A stretch of 64,000 bases of DNA, taken from Thermoplasmata archaeon. Lineage in GTDB: Archaea; Thermoplasmatota; Thermoplasmata; Lutacidiplasmatales; UBA184. The DNA is taken from the NCBI GenBank assembly GCA_022749895.1, contig JAKIWS010000003.1:11521-75520 (forward strand). The letters run 5' to 3'. The position numbers were made by a program, and so were the translations under genes. The notes under the pieces are model-generated. The model saw only the letters and a program-made list of their open reading frames with translations. It was not told where the DNA came from and did no database searches. Shown here one piece after another: positions 1 to 9,032 of the stretch (position 1 is the stretch's first letter; every line of letters begins with the position of its first letter).

Positions 1-136
1 CCAAGTCGTGGAGATCTTCGAGCAGTTCAACCACGAGGCGGGGGGCCGCCAGGTGCCGAACGTCGAGTACGCGCTCGCCCACAATGTCGGAGCGACCGGC
101 GGTTCGTGCTCGGTCCACATCTTCGGACACCGCTAG
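1..136 (+). CDS. thiolase-like protein, C-terminal fragment (gene begins upstream of the window)
   Basis: Frame 2 reads QVVEIFEQFNHEAGGRQVPNVEYALAHNVGATGGSCSVHIFGHR, then TAG at 134-136. The NVGATGGS segment resembles the conserved C-terminal loop of thiolases. A DUF35 gene, the usual archaeal partner, follows 8 nt later. Confidence 0.6.
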   Translation, partial: QVVEIFEQFNHEAGGRQVPNVEYALAHNVGATGGSCSVHIFGHR

Positions 137-144
137 GCACATCC

Positions 145-558
145 ATGGCCGGTGGAGCCGCGACACTGCACTCGATCGAGGAGTACCGCCGCGGGTACGA
201 AGACGAGCATCGGCTCCGGGGGTTTCGGTCCGCGTGCGGGTTCGTCTCCGCCACCTGGGGGCTTCGATGCCCGCGGTGCGGCCGCTCCGACTTTGCCGAG
301 ACGGATCTCGCTACGACCGGGCGGCTCGCCGCCTTCACCGTCCAGACGGTGCCTAGCGACGAGTTTCTGAACGACGCCCCCTACGCGTACGTCTTGGTCG
401 ATCTCGACGCAGGGGGCCGGGTCGCCGGCTGGATGCCGGGAATCCGCACGGAAGCGGAGCTCGCGATCGGGAAACCGGTTCACTACGTCCCCGGCTACAA
501 GCCGGGACTGCAATTCGGCCTAACGTCCGACGACACCGCGAAGAGCGAACGGCCGTGA
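145..558 (+). CDS. DUF35 OB-fold/zinc-ribbon protein (thiolase-associated)
   Basis: Same frame as track ORF 106..558. ATG at 145. Zinc-ribbon CPRCG..., then an OB-fold-like segment (AAFTVQTVPSDEF...YAYVLVDLD). Adjacent to the thiolase fragment. Confidence 0.75.
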   Translation: MAGGAATLHSIEEYRRGYEDEHRLRGFRSACGFVSATWGLRCPRCGRSDFAETDLATTGRLAAFTVQTVPSDEFLNDAPYAYVLVDLDAGGRVAGWMPGIRTEAELAIGKPVHYVPGYKPGLQFGLTSDDTAKSERP

Positions 559-2297
559 GCGCCGTCGCGTCGCCTCGGGCGACGGAAGCCGAGCGCCCGT
601 GGCTCGGTCACTACGCTTCGAACGTCGAACCGCACCTCGCGATCCCGCCGGTTCGACTCCCGGAGCTCATCGCCGGAGCCGTTCGGAAGTGGCCGGGTCG
701 CACGGCGTTCATCTTCTACGGCGCGAAGCTCACGTACGCCGAGTTCTGGGAGGCGTCCGGCCGTTTCGCGGCGGCGCTCGCCCGCGATGGGGTGGGCCCC
801 GGCGACCGGGTCGCCCTTTACCTCCCGAACTGCCCGGCGTACCCGATCGCATTCTTCGGAGCGCTCCGCCTCGGCGCGGTCGTCGTTCAGGTCAGTCCGC
901 TGTTCCACGGTCAGGACCTTGCCCGGTTGCTCTCCGACGCCCGGCCGAAAGCGATCGTAACGCTCGAGATTCTGTATCCCCACTTGGCCGAAGTGGAGGC
1001 ATCGGTCCGGCCTCCGCTGCGCTACGTTGCCCGATTGCGGGAGTTCTATCCGACGCTGGTCCGGCCGTTCGTCAACCTGGTGCTTCGGCGTCAGAAACTC
1101 CCCACCGGCTTTCCCCGGGATCCGGAAGTGCGGCCGTGGAGGTCCGCGCTACGACGCCCCGGCGCGTTCACAGAGGTCACGGGCGGCGACCCGGCGACCG
1201 AGGTGGCGGTCTTCCAGTACACCGGCGGGACGACCGGTCGTCCCAAAGCGGCGATGCTGAGCCACCGCAACCTGGTCGCGAACGCGGTCCAATCCCGGGC
1301 CTGGTTCCCGTCGGGCCGATCCGGCGGCGAGGTCGTGCTCGCGTCGGTCCCGTTCTTCCACGTCTACGGCATGACGGTCGCACTCAACTACCCGCTCGCG
1401 GAAGGCGCCACGATCGTGCTGCAGATCCGGCCGGATGTCCCGGAGATCCTCAAGCTCGTGGACAAGTACCATCCGACCGAGTTCCCCGGGGTTCCCGCGC
1501 TCTACCAAGGGATCAACCTGCATCCGAAGACCCCGCGGTACCGGCTCGGCTCGATCCGGGTCTGTTTGAGCGGTTCGGCGCCCCTGCCGCGCGAGGTCGC
1601 CCAACGGTTCGAGGCGATCACCGGGGGCAAGGTCCTCGAGGGATACGGGCTCACGGAAGCGTCACCGGTCACCCACGCCAATCCGGTCGACGGCGAACGC
1701 CGGGACGGGTCGATCGGACTTCCGCTTCCCGAAACGGACCAGCGGATCGTCGACATGGAAACCGGGACCCGCGAGCTCCCGTTCGGGGAGATCGGGGAGC
1801 TCACGGTACGGGGGCCCCAGGTGATGCTCGGCTACTACGGGCATCCGGAGGACACGAGCGCGGTCCTGCGGAACGGCTGGCTGTTCACGGGCGATCTCGC
1901 GCGCGTCGATGCCGACGGCTACGCGTACATCGTGGACCGGAAGAAGGACCTGATCAACGTCGGGGGGTACAAGGTCTATCCTCGGGAAGTCGAGGAGGTG
2001 CTCTACCAGCATCCCGACATCGCGGAGGCCAGCGTGATCGGGCGGCCGGATGCACGGTTAGGAGAGGTCGTCGCAGCGTTCGTCGTGCGTCGTCCCGGCC
2101 GCTCCCCGTCGGACGGCGAGATCATCGAGTTCGTCCGGAAGCGACTCGCCCACTACAAGGCCCCGCGAACCGTCGAGTTCCTCGACAAGCTTCCCCGGAG
2201 CGCCATCCAGAAGGTGTTGCGCCGTGTGCTCCGCGAGGCCGGGCCCGTCGCGCCGCCGACTCCGGAATCGGCCGAGTTGCCTACAGGCCCCGCGTAA
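555..2297 (+). CDS. AMP-forming acyl-CoA synthetase (FadD-like)
   Basis: 580-aa ORF with AMP-binding motifs FQYTGGTTGRPKAAMLSHRNL, YGLTEASP and GDLARVDADGYAYIVDRKKDLI. The GTG start overlaps the DUF35 stop (GTGA at 555-558). Confidence 0.9.
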   Translation: MSAVASPRATEAERPWLGHYASNVEPHLAIPPVRLPELIAGAVRKWPGRTAFIFYGAKLTYAEFWEASGRFAAALARDGVGPGDRVALYLPNCPAYPIAFFGALRLGAVVVQVSPLFHGQDLARLLSDARPKAIVTLEILYPHLAEVEASVRPPLRYVARLREFYPTLVRPFVNLVLRRQKLPTGFPRDPEVRPWRSALRRPGAFTEVTGGDPATEVAVFQYTGGTTGRPKAAMLSHRNLVANAVQSRAWFPSGRSGGEVVLASVPFFHVYGMTVALNYPLAEGATIVLQIRPDVPEILKLVDKYHPTEFPGVPALYQGINLHPKTPRYRLGSIRVCLSGSAPLPREVAQRFEAITGGKVLEGYGLTEASPVTHANPVDGERRDGSIGLPLPETDQRIVDMETGTRELPFGEIGELTVRGPQVMLGYYGHPEDTSAVLRNGWLFTGDLARVDADGYAYIVDRKKDLINVGGYKVYPREVEEVLYQHPDIAEASVIGRPDARLGEVVAAFVVRRPGRSPSDGEIIEFVRKRLAHYKAPRTVEFLDKLPRSAIQKVLRRVLREAGPVAPPTPESAELPTGPA

Positions 2298-3474
2298 GTA
2301 CATCCCGCGCGATCACGAGACGCTGGATCTCGTTCGTGCCTTCGAAGATCTCGGAGATCCGGGCATCCCGGTACGCCCGCTCGATCGGGGTCCCTCGGAT
2401 GTAGCCGAGCCCCCCGTGGATCTGGAGAGCTTCGTCGACGGCCTCGCTCGCCCACTCCGACGCGAGACATTTCACGATCGCGGATTCACGGGTTTTGCTC
2501 TGCCGTTCGAGGCGACCCCACGTCGCCGGATCCTCCCCCATCCGGTCCTGGTGCGCGGCGGCGTGGTAGACCAGGTACCGGAGCGCCTCGATGTGCATCG
2601 CCATGTCCGCGAGCTTGAACTGGATCGCCTCGAACTCGCTGATCGGGAGCCCGAACTGGGTTCGGTTCTTCGCGAAGTCGGCGGCCGCGGAGCAGGCCGC
2701 CTCCATCCCCCCGAGCGAGGCGGCGCCGAGCGAGACCCGCCCGACGTCGAGCGCCGTCATCGCGACGTGGAATCCCTTGCCCACCTCCCCGAGGACGTTC
2801 TTCGGTCCGACCGCGACGTGGTCGAGCAGCAGCTCGGCAGTGGACGTCCCGTGCAGGCCCATCTTCTTCTCGCACCGGCCGACCGTGAATCCCGGCGTTC
2901 CCTTGTCGACCACGAAGGCGGTGACCCCGCCGTTCGGACCGAGCTTGACGTCGTTGCCGGCCATCACGATCACGGCGTCCGCCTCGCGCCCGTTGCTCAC
3001 GTAGATCTTCGTCCCGGTGAGCGTCCAAGCGTCGTGGTCGCGTTCCGCCACCGTGTGGACGGCCCCGGAATCGCTCCCGGAACCGGGCTCCGTGAGACTG
3101 AAGGCGAGTAGTTTCTCGCCGCGGGCCGCGGGGACGAGCCAGTTCTGCTTCTGTTCCTCGGTCCCGTAGTAGAGGAGCGGCGTCGTTCCGAGGGAGGTAT
3201 GCGCTCCGACGATCGTGCCGTGCGAGGCGTCGACCCGTCCTAGCTCTTCGAGCAAGATGCAGTAGCCGACCTTCCCGAGTCCGAGCCCGCCGTACGCTTC
3301 GGGGACCGGGACGCCGAAGTACCCTTCCGTCTGCATCCGTTTCACGGTCGACGCCGGGAACTCCTCGGTCTCGTCCATCTCGGCGACGATCGGGGCGACC
3401 TCGCGTTCGAGGAAGGACCGGACCGCCGCGCGGAACGCCTCCTGGTCCGGAGTGAACGAAAAATCGAACGGCAT
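2281..3474 (-). CDS. acyl-CoA dehydrogenase
   Basis: 397-aa ORF. N-terminus MPFDFSFTPDQEAFR, LTEPGSGSD, C-terminal EIFEGTNEIQRLVIAR, all typical of the ACAD family. Confidence 0.9.
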   Translation of the reverse strand: MPFDFSFTPDQEAFRAAVRSFLEREVAPIVAEMDETEEFPASTVKRMQTEGYFGVPVPEAYGGLGLGKVGYCILLEELGRVDASHGTIVGAHTSLGTTPLLYYGTEEQKQNWLVPAARGEKLLAFSLTEPGSGSDSGAVHTVAERDHDAWTLTGTKIYVSNGREADAVIVMAGNDVKLGPNGGVTAFVVDKGTPGFTVGRCEKKMGLHGTSTAELLLDHVAVGPKNVLGEVGKGFHVAMTALDVGRVSLGAASLGGMEAACSAAADFAKNRTQFGLPISEFEAIQFKLADMAMHIEALRYLVYHAAAHQDRMGEDPATWGRLERQSKTRESAIVKCLASEWASEAVDEALQIHGGLGYIRGTPIERAYRDARISEIFEGTNEIQRLVIARDVLTRGL

Positions 3475-3476
3475 CG

Positions 3477-4352
3477 CTACCGCCCGCGGAACTTCGGTGG
3501 ACGTCGTTCAAGGAAGGCCTGGAGTCCCTCTCCCAGGTCCTCGCTGCGAAGGACCTCCTGGTCGAATATCTCGGCTTCGAGCTTTAACCCCGAAGCCAGC
3601 TCGAGTTCCGAGCCCTGGACCATCGCGCGCTTGGAGCCCGCGACCGCGCGCGGGGCGCGGCTCGCAATGGTGTGCGCCAGGTCCCGGGCCGCCCGGAGCT
3701 CCTGACCGGAGGGGACCGTGCGGTTGACCAAGCCTATCTTGGCGGCCTCGCTGGCCGGGATCATCGACCCCGTGAAAATCAGCTCGCGCGCCTTGGCTGG
3801 CCCTACGAGTCGGAGGAGGCGTTGCGTGCCGCCGTAGGCCGGCATCAGCCCGAACGTGACCTCGGGCGCCCCGAGCTTGGCGGACTCACCGGCGACGCGG
3901 AGGTCGCAGGCGAGGGCGAGCTCGAGCCCGCCGCCGAGCGCGAGCCCGTTGATCGCCGCGATCACCGGGGGGCGCAGAGCTTCCAGGCTCGAGAACAAGG
4001 CCTGGCCGCGTTCGATGATCTGTCCCGCGCGGTCGAGCCCGAGCGTGGCGAGCTCCTTGAGGTCCGCCCCGGCGCTGAAGTACTGGCCGTCCCCCGTGAT
4101 CACGATCGCCCGCGCGGTCGGAGCCACCTCGAGGAGGCGGCGCTCGAGCGCGTCGAGGAGACCGGTACTGAGGGCATTGACCGGCGGATGCCGCAGGACG
4201 AGGATCTCGACGTTGTCCTCTTCGCTCTTCCGCCCGACGAAGTCCGTCTCGGTCGTACCGCGCCCCCGCCGTTGGAAGCGTCGGGCCTCTTTACCCCCGT
4301 CGGCCAAATAGGGTCGTACTCTCGCCGGCCGTGGCCCGGGGAGAGCTCGCAT
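3477..4352 (-). CDS. enoyl-CoA hydratase/isomerase (crotonase family)
   Basis: Crotonase motifs VNALS, FSAGADLKE, GGGLELALACDLRVA. The stop lies 2 nt upstream of the ACAD start. The first ~45 aa look non-homologous, and no ATG/GTG/TTG lies near the conserved core except TTG at 4307, so the start (4352 or 4307) is uncertain. Confidence 0.8.
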   Translation of the reverse strand: MRALPGPRPARVRPYLADGGKEARRFQRRGRGTTETDFVGRKSEEDNVEILVLRHPPVNALSTGLLDALERRLLEVAPTARAIVITGDGQYFSAGADLKELATLGLDRAGQIIERGQALFSSLEALRPPVIAAINGLALGGGLELALACDLRVAGESAKLGAPEVTFGLMPAYGGTQRLLRLVGPAKARELIFTGSMIPASEAAKIGLVNRTVPSGQELRAARDLAHTIASRAPRAVAGSKRAMVQGSELELASGLKLEAEIFDQEVLRSEDLGEGLQAFLERRPPKFRGR

Positions 4353-5503
4353 ACCTCTCCCTCTACACGCTCCTCGCGAGCAACCGGTCCGGCCTTTTCC
4401 TCGTCTACTTCCCGATCTACCTCATCGTCCAGGATCACGCGAGCGTTCCGGTCGCGCTCGGCCTGGTCGCCGCCGCCTACGTCGCCGCGAGCCTGGTCGG
4501 CCCGATCGCCGGGCGGTGGTCCGACAAGATCGGGCGGCGCAAGCCGTTCCTCGTCGGCGCGGAGGTCGCCGCGTTCCCGCTGTTCCTCGTGATCCCGTTC
4601 ACGCACTCGTTCGTCGCCGCCGGCGGGGCGTTCATCGGGGCTCAGGTCGCCCTCGCCGTGGGCGCCCCCGCCCTCAACGCGTACGTCGCCGACGTCAGCG
4701 CGGAAGGCGAGCGAGGTCGCGGATTCGGCCTCCTGAACGCAGCGTCGTACATCGGGGGGATCGCCGGGTTCCTCGTCACAGGCGTGCTGATCGCCTTCGT
4801 CGGCTACAACGCTATGTTCGGTTTCGTGCTCGCCGTAATGATCGGCACCATCACGGTCGCCATCGTCCTGGTCCCCGACCTCCCGCTGCCGAAATCGCCG
4901 CGTCGCCTTCCGTTCTCGGTCTACCGGCCTCTGCTCATTTTCTCGATGGCGGTCTCGATCCGGGCCTTCGGTAGCGGTGCCGTCGGCTCTTACTACGGCA
5001 CGTTCGCGTCGAGCCTCGGGGCGTCGTCGCTTGAGATCGCCGTGATCGCCATCGCCGGTCTCGCCGCGGGTGCGCTCACCGCCGTGCCGAGCGGGCGGTA
5101 TGTCGACCGCGCTGGGCCGATTCGGGGGATCGCCTACGGCACGGCGTTCACGATCGCCGCCCTGGTGCTGTTTCTCCTCGCGAGTCGTTGGGAGTACCTG
5201 GTCCCCGGGCAGGCACTGCGCACGGTCGGATTCGCCCTGCTCAATCCTGGACTTTTGGTCTACGTGACGCGTCTCGCCCCGGTGGGTCACCGGGCCGAGT
5301 ATCTCGGAGTGTTCTCCTTGATCAACTCGACCTCGTGGAGCGCAGGGCCGCTCCTGGGCGGGGTCGCCTTTGCGTTCGCCGGGTCGGCCGGATTGATCGC
5401 CTTCGCTCTCGGGACGTCCGCGATATCGATCGTCGCGGTCGAAGGGCTCTACGGACGGTCCGGCCGCCGCGCCCCCCCGGGTCGAGCGGTCCCCAACGGC
5501 TGA
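4331..5503 (+). CDS. MFS transporter
   Basis: 390-aa multi-TM ORF with MFS motif A (GRWSDKIGRRKPFLV). The start is uncertain because the GTG at 4331 overlaps the 5' end of the divergent crotonase ORF. Confidence 0.75.
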   Translation: MARGELAYLSLYTLLASNRSGLFLVYFPIYLIVQDHASVPVALGLVAAAYVAASLVGPIAGRWSDKIGRRKPFLVGAEVAAFPLFLVIPFTHSFVAAGGAFIGAQVALAVGAPALNAYVADVSAEGERGRGFGLLNAASYIGGIAGFLVTGVLIAFVGYNAMFGFVLAVMIGTITVAIVLVPDLPLPKSPRRLPFSVYRPLLIFSMAVSIRAFGSGAVGSYYGTFASSLGASSLEIAVIAIAGLAAGALTAVPSGRYVDRAGPIRGIAYGTAFTIAALVLFLLASRWEYLVPGQALRTVGFALLNPGLLVYVTRLAPVGHRAEYLGVFSLINSTSWSAGPLLGGVAFAFAGSAGLIAFALGTSAISIVAVEGLYGRSGRRAPPGRAVPNG

Positions 5504-5528
5504 AATACGCGGCCTCGGTCCTAACCGC

Positions 5529-6410
5529 GTGCAACGACCAGGGACGTTCGCCGATGCGAACGCCGATTGGGACGACGCCCGATTCGTCGTCCTCGGGGTC
5601 CCCTTCGACCGGACCACGAGTTTCCGGCCAGGGGCCCGCTTCGGACCCGACGCCATCCGGCAGCATTCTTGGAACTTCGAGTCGTACGACCTGGAGACCG
5701 GCCTCGACCTCGCCGACATCCCGACCCACGATCTCGGCAACATGGAGGAGTTCGGCTCGGCACAGGTGATGGTCGACGGGGTCCGCGAAGCGGTCGCCCC
5801 GATCTACGCGGCCGGCAAGTTCCCGATCACATTCGGAGGTGACCACGCTTGCTCGCCGCCGTGCGTGGAAGCGTACCCGAAGCCGGACGAGCTCGGGGTC
5901 CTCTACCTCGATGCGCACATGGATTTCCGATCGAGCTACCTCGGCGACCCCCGCAGCCACGGTTGCTCCGCGCGTCGCATCGTCGAGCGCGTCGGGGCGC
6001 GAAACGTCGTCGTCCTGGGCGTGCGGTCCGTGAGCGCGGAAGAGATCAGCGACAACAAGCAGATCGGGATGTCGTTCGTCACCGCCCACGAGATCGCCCG
6101 CGAGGGGATCGATTCCGCCGTCCAGCGCGCGCTGAACATGCTGAAGACCGACCATATCTACATCTCCCTCGACATCGACGCGATCGACCCGGCGTACGCG
6201 GGCGCGACCGGGACGCCCGAGCCGTTCGGGCTCACGCCGCGCGATGTCAAGACCGTCCTCCAGCAGGCGGCGCCGCGGCTCTGCGGATTCGACATCATGG
6301 AGGTCTCCCCCCCCTACGACCAGGGCAACACGAGCGTACTCGCAGCGCGACTGGCGCGCGAAGCGATCGTGCGCGTGACCGCGGACCAGAACTCGCGCCG
6401 GCCGAGCTGA
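5529..6410 (+). CDS. speB: agmatinase (arginase/ureohydrolase family)
   Basis: 293 aa. Mn-binding motifs FGGDHACS, LDAHMDFR, SLDIDAIDPAYAGATGTPEPFG. Confidence 0.85.
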   Translation: MQRPGTFADANADWDDARFVVLGVPFDRTTSFRPGARFGPDAIRQHSWNFESYDLETGLDLADIPTHDLGNMEEFGSAQVMVDGVREAVAPIYAAGKFPITFGGDHACSPPCVEAYPKPDELGVLYLDAHMDFRSSYLGDPRSHGCSARRIVERVGARNVVVLGVRSVSAEEISDNKQIGMSFVTAHEIAREGIDSAVQRALNMLKTDHIYISLDIDAIDPAYAGATGTPEPFGLTPRDVKTVLQQAAPRLCGFDIMEVSPPYDQGNTSVLAARLAREAIVRVTADQNSRRPS

Positions 6411-7069
6411 TGGACGAACCCGCCGCCGAGTCGAAGGCGAAACCCCACAAGCGCGGGGCCGAGGCGGCGCTCCGCCGGGTCGACTGGTGGGGCTTTCCGG
6501 CGCTCCTCAAGGAACGCGATCCGAAGAGCTACCGTCCCAAGTCGCTCGACGACCGGCTGCGCAAGGAACGGACCAAGACCGAGGTCCGCCTGCTCGTCGA
6601 CGCCCGCCGCGCGGGGGTTCGGACGCCGATCGTCTACGATGTGGACCTCGACCGGCACCGGATCATCCTCGAGGAGCTGCCGGGGCCGACGCTCAAAGAG
6701 TTGCTCGAAAAGCACGCCGAGGAGCGTCCCACGCTCCAGCCATTCGTCCGCGCGTTCGGCGAGGCGTTGGGCCGCCTCCACGGCGCGGGGATGTCCCACG
6801 GTGACCTCACGAGCTCGAACGTGCTCTATCCGGACGGGGACGACGGCCGCCCTGCGTTGCTCGACCTTTCGATGGGTAGCCGCAACGCCAGCGTCGAGGA
6901 GCTGGGCATCGACCTCCATTTGGTCGAGGAGGATCTGAAATCCCTCCACCCGGACGGGGCGGCGCTGTTCCGCGTGTTCCTCACCGGATACGACGCCGGG
7001 AATCCCGGAGGGGCGAAGGCGGTGCGCAAGCGCGCCCGAGAGATCCGCGGCCGAGTGCGGTACGCCTAG
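6410..7069 (+). CDS. bud32: KEOPS complex kinase Bud32 (Kae1-associated kinase)
   Basis: C-terminal 219 aa of track ORF 5849..7069. The ATG at 6410 shares its A with the speB TGA stop. Motifs RTKTEVRLLVDARRAGVRTPIVYDVD, HGDLTSSNVL and a C-terminal RGRVRYA tail. Confidence 0.8.
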   Translation: MDEPAAESKAKPHKRGAEAALRRVDWWGFPALLKERDPKSYRPKSLDDRLRKERTKTEVRLLVDARRAGVRTPIVYDVDLDRHRIILEELPGPTLKELLEKHAEERPTLQPFVRAFGEALGRLHGAGMSHGDLTSSNVLYPDGDDGRPALLDLSMGSRNASVEELGIDLHLVEEDLKSLHPDGAALFRVFLTGYDAGNPGGAKAVRKRAREIRGRVRYA

Positions 7070-8565
7070 CCGACGCCGTCCCGTCGAACCCGTTGTAGCC
7101 CGCTGACCAGGGCGGCCGGAAGAGCCTCGACGATATCCGACGCGATCAGGCCGAAACCCCGGTTCTCCGCAGCGTGATACCCCGCGGAACCCGCCCAGTA
7201 GGTCGCGAGCCGAGCCGCGTGCATCGGCGCGACGTCCTGAGCGAGAAGACCGCCGAGCAGGCCGCCGAGAACGTCACCGGCGCCGGCGACGTTTTGGGAC
7301 GCGGGGTGGTGCCGATTCAGGGCCCCGCGATTCCCGTCGCTCAGGGCGTCCCACTTGCCCTTGGCTACGAAGGTCACTCCGAACTTTCGGGCGAGCACGC
7401 CGATCGACTCGAGCAGCGTGTCGGGGGCCGGCGGGGGATCGAGATGGAAGATGTGCTCGAGTTCGGCCGCGTTGGGCGTCGCGATCAACGGTCGACGCGG
7501 GGGGCCTAGCGAGGCCGGGGTCAACGCGGCCAGGGCCTCGGCGTCGACGACGACCGGCAACTCGGCTGGGAGCTTTTCGAGGAGGGTCCTCGCGAATTCG
7601 AGCGACTCCGGGGCGCGGCCCATGCCCATGCCGAGGACCACCGCGTCGACCCGGAGCCGGGCGACCACCTCGAGGAACCGCGCGGCATCCCCCGCTCGGA
7701 ACCTCTCGTTTCCCAGCGCGTGCACAACGAGATCGGGCGAGTACCCCCGGATCGCGGAGGCGGCGGGTTCGGGGGCGAAGACCGTAGCCCGCTCGGCGCC
7801 GGACCTCAAGGCGGCGAGCGCCGCGAGCGCCGGGGCCCCCGAGTACGGACCCCCACCGACGACGATCACGCGTCCCTGACGCCCGGGTCGGTCCGTCGAG
7901 GGACCGGCTGGATAGAGGAGGAATTCGCCCGGCCCGGTTTCACGGGCGGCCTCCGGTGGGATTCCGATGTCCCGGACCGTGATCTCCCCGCACGTGGGGG
8001 GGTCCATGCCCTCCTTGAGCGTGGTGAGCGCGACGGTCCAGAGGGGGCGGACCGCCGTCGGGCCGCCGAGCCCGGTCGGAAGGTCGACGGAGAGAACCGG
8101 GAGGTTCGACGCACGCAGCAGCTCCACGGCCTCGCGGTACGGCGAACGCAACGGTCCCGTCTGGCCGCTGCCGAGCATGGCATCGATCGCAAGCCCGACC
8201 CCGTCGAGCACGTTGGCGTCGGGGAGGCCGACGTGGCTCCGGACGTCCCGCCGGGCCCGCTCCCAACACCGTAGGGCCGCGGCCGACCGGATCTCGGACG
8301 GGGGTCGGACCAGGAACAGGTCCACGCCGTAGCCCCACTGGTGAAGGTAGTGAGCCGCGCAGGTGCCGTCGCCCCCGTTGTTGCCCGTCCCGGCGAGGAC
8401 GAGGATGCGGCCCTTGCTCGGGGTCGACCGCCGGGCCGCCTCTTCCGCGACCGCGCGCCCCGCGTTCTCCATCAGGACGTCGATCGAGATGCCCCGGGCG
8501 ACCGCGTTCTGTTCGACGACCGCCATCTCGAGCGCCGAGAGCGGCCCGGCGATGGCGTCGGCCAT
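7066..8565 (-). CDS. nnr: bifunctional NAD(P)H-hydrate repair enzyme (epimerase/ADP-dependent dehydratase)
   Basis: 499 aa. N-terminal YjeF-N domain (GTGNNGGDG) plus a C-terminal carbohydrate-kinase domain (GAGDVLGG). Confidence 0.85.
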   Translation of the reverse strand: MADAIAGPLSALEMAVVEQNAVARGISIDVLMENAGRAVAEEAARRSTPSKGRILVLAGTGNNGGDGTCAAHYLHQWGYGVDLFLVRPPSEIRSAAALRCWERARRDVRSHVGLPDANVLDGVGLAIDAMLGSGQTGPLRSPYREAVELLRASNLPVLSVDLPTGLGGPTAVRPLWTVALTTLKEGMDPPTCGEITVRDIGIPPEAARETGPGEFLLYPAGPSTDRPGRQGRVIVVGGGPYSGAPALAALAALRSGAERATVFAPEPAASAIRGYSPDLVVHALGNERFRAGDAARFLEVVARLRVDAVVLGMGMGRAPESLEFARTLLEKLPAELPVVVDAEALAALTPASLGPPRRPLIATPNAAELEHIFHLDPPPAPDTLLESIGVLARKFGVTFVAKGKWDALSDGNRGALNRHHPASQNVAGAGDVLGGLLGGLLAQDVAPMHAARLATYWAGSAGYHAAENRGFGLIASDIVEALPAALVSGLQRVRRDGVG

Positions 8566-8570
8566 GGGGT

Positions 8571-9008
8571 TCAGGTGGGAGCTGGGGTGCCGTCCGCCGG
8601 TGCGTCGGGGGCGCCGAAGATGTCCATCGTGGGCGGGAGAAGGTTACGCCGCGAGAGGTACATCGACTGCGTCCGGCTGTACCGGAACAGGATGTCGGCT
8701 TTCCCCTCTTGGAATCCCCAGGGGCGGAGGATGAGGAGGTCGCCCGCGCGGATCCACATTTTCTTCTTCATCTTCCCGGTGATCCGCCCCATCCGGGAGA
8801 GGCCGTCTTCGCACATCACCCGGATACGGGCGGCACCGAGCAACTGGTTCGCGATGCCAAAGATCTCCCCACGCTTCCGGCGGGGGAGCGGGAGACGACC
8901 GACCTCTTCCCCTCCCTCGACGACCACGACGGCCAACGGAGCTTCCTCGGCCTCCGGCGTCGTGGCCGGGGCCGCGGGGGTGGCGATGCTCTCGTCAGGG
9001 TCGGGCAC
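8571..9008 (-). CDS. eif1a: translation initiation factor aIF-1A
   Basis: S1-like core GEIFGIANQLLGAARIRVMCEDGLSRMGRITGKMKKKMWIRAGDLLILRPW. The ~45-aa acidic/Ala-Pro N-terminal extension makes the start uncertain. Confidence 0.85.
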   Translation of the reverse strand: MPDPDESIATPAAPATTPEAEEAPLAVVVVEGGEEVGRLPLPRRKRGEIFGIANQLLGAARIRVMCEDGLSRMGRITGKMKKKMWIRAGDLLILRPWGFQEGKADILFRYSRTQSMYLSRRNLLPPTMDIFGAPDAPADGTPAPT

Positions 9009-9032
9009 GTCGATTAGAGAACGCCGGCCTAT

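Noticed and set aside
5849-6409. N-terminal extensions of track ORFs (5849..7069, 9321..10610, 13458..14681, 15221..16885, 19256..21142, 20888..22318, 25636..27432, 41942..44383, 43378..45105, 49656..51467, 58420..61155, 61486..63867).
   Set aside because: The extended parts overlap the upstream gene, look like low-complexity read-through, and lack homology-type motifs. Internal starts coincide with upstream stop codons or A/T boxes, so the shorter models were used.
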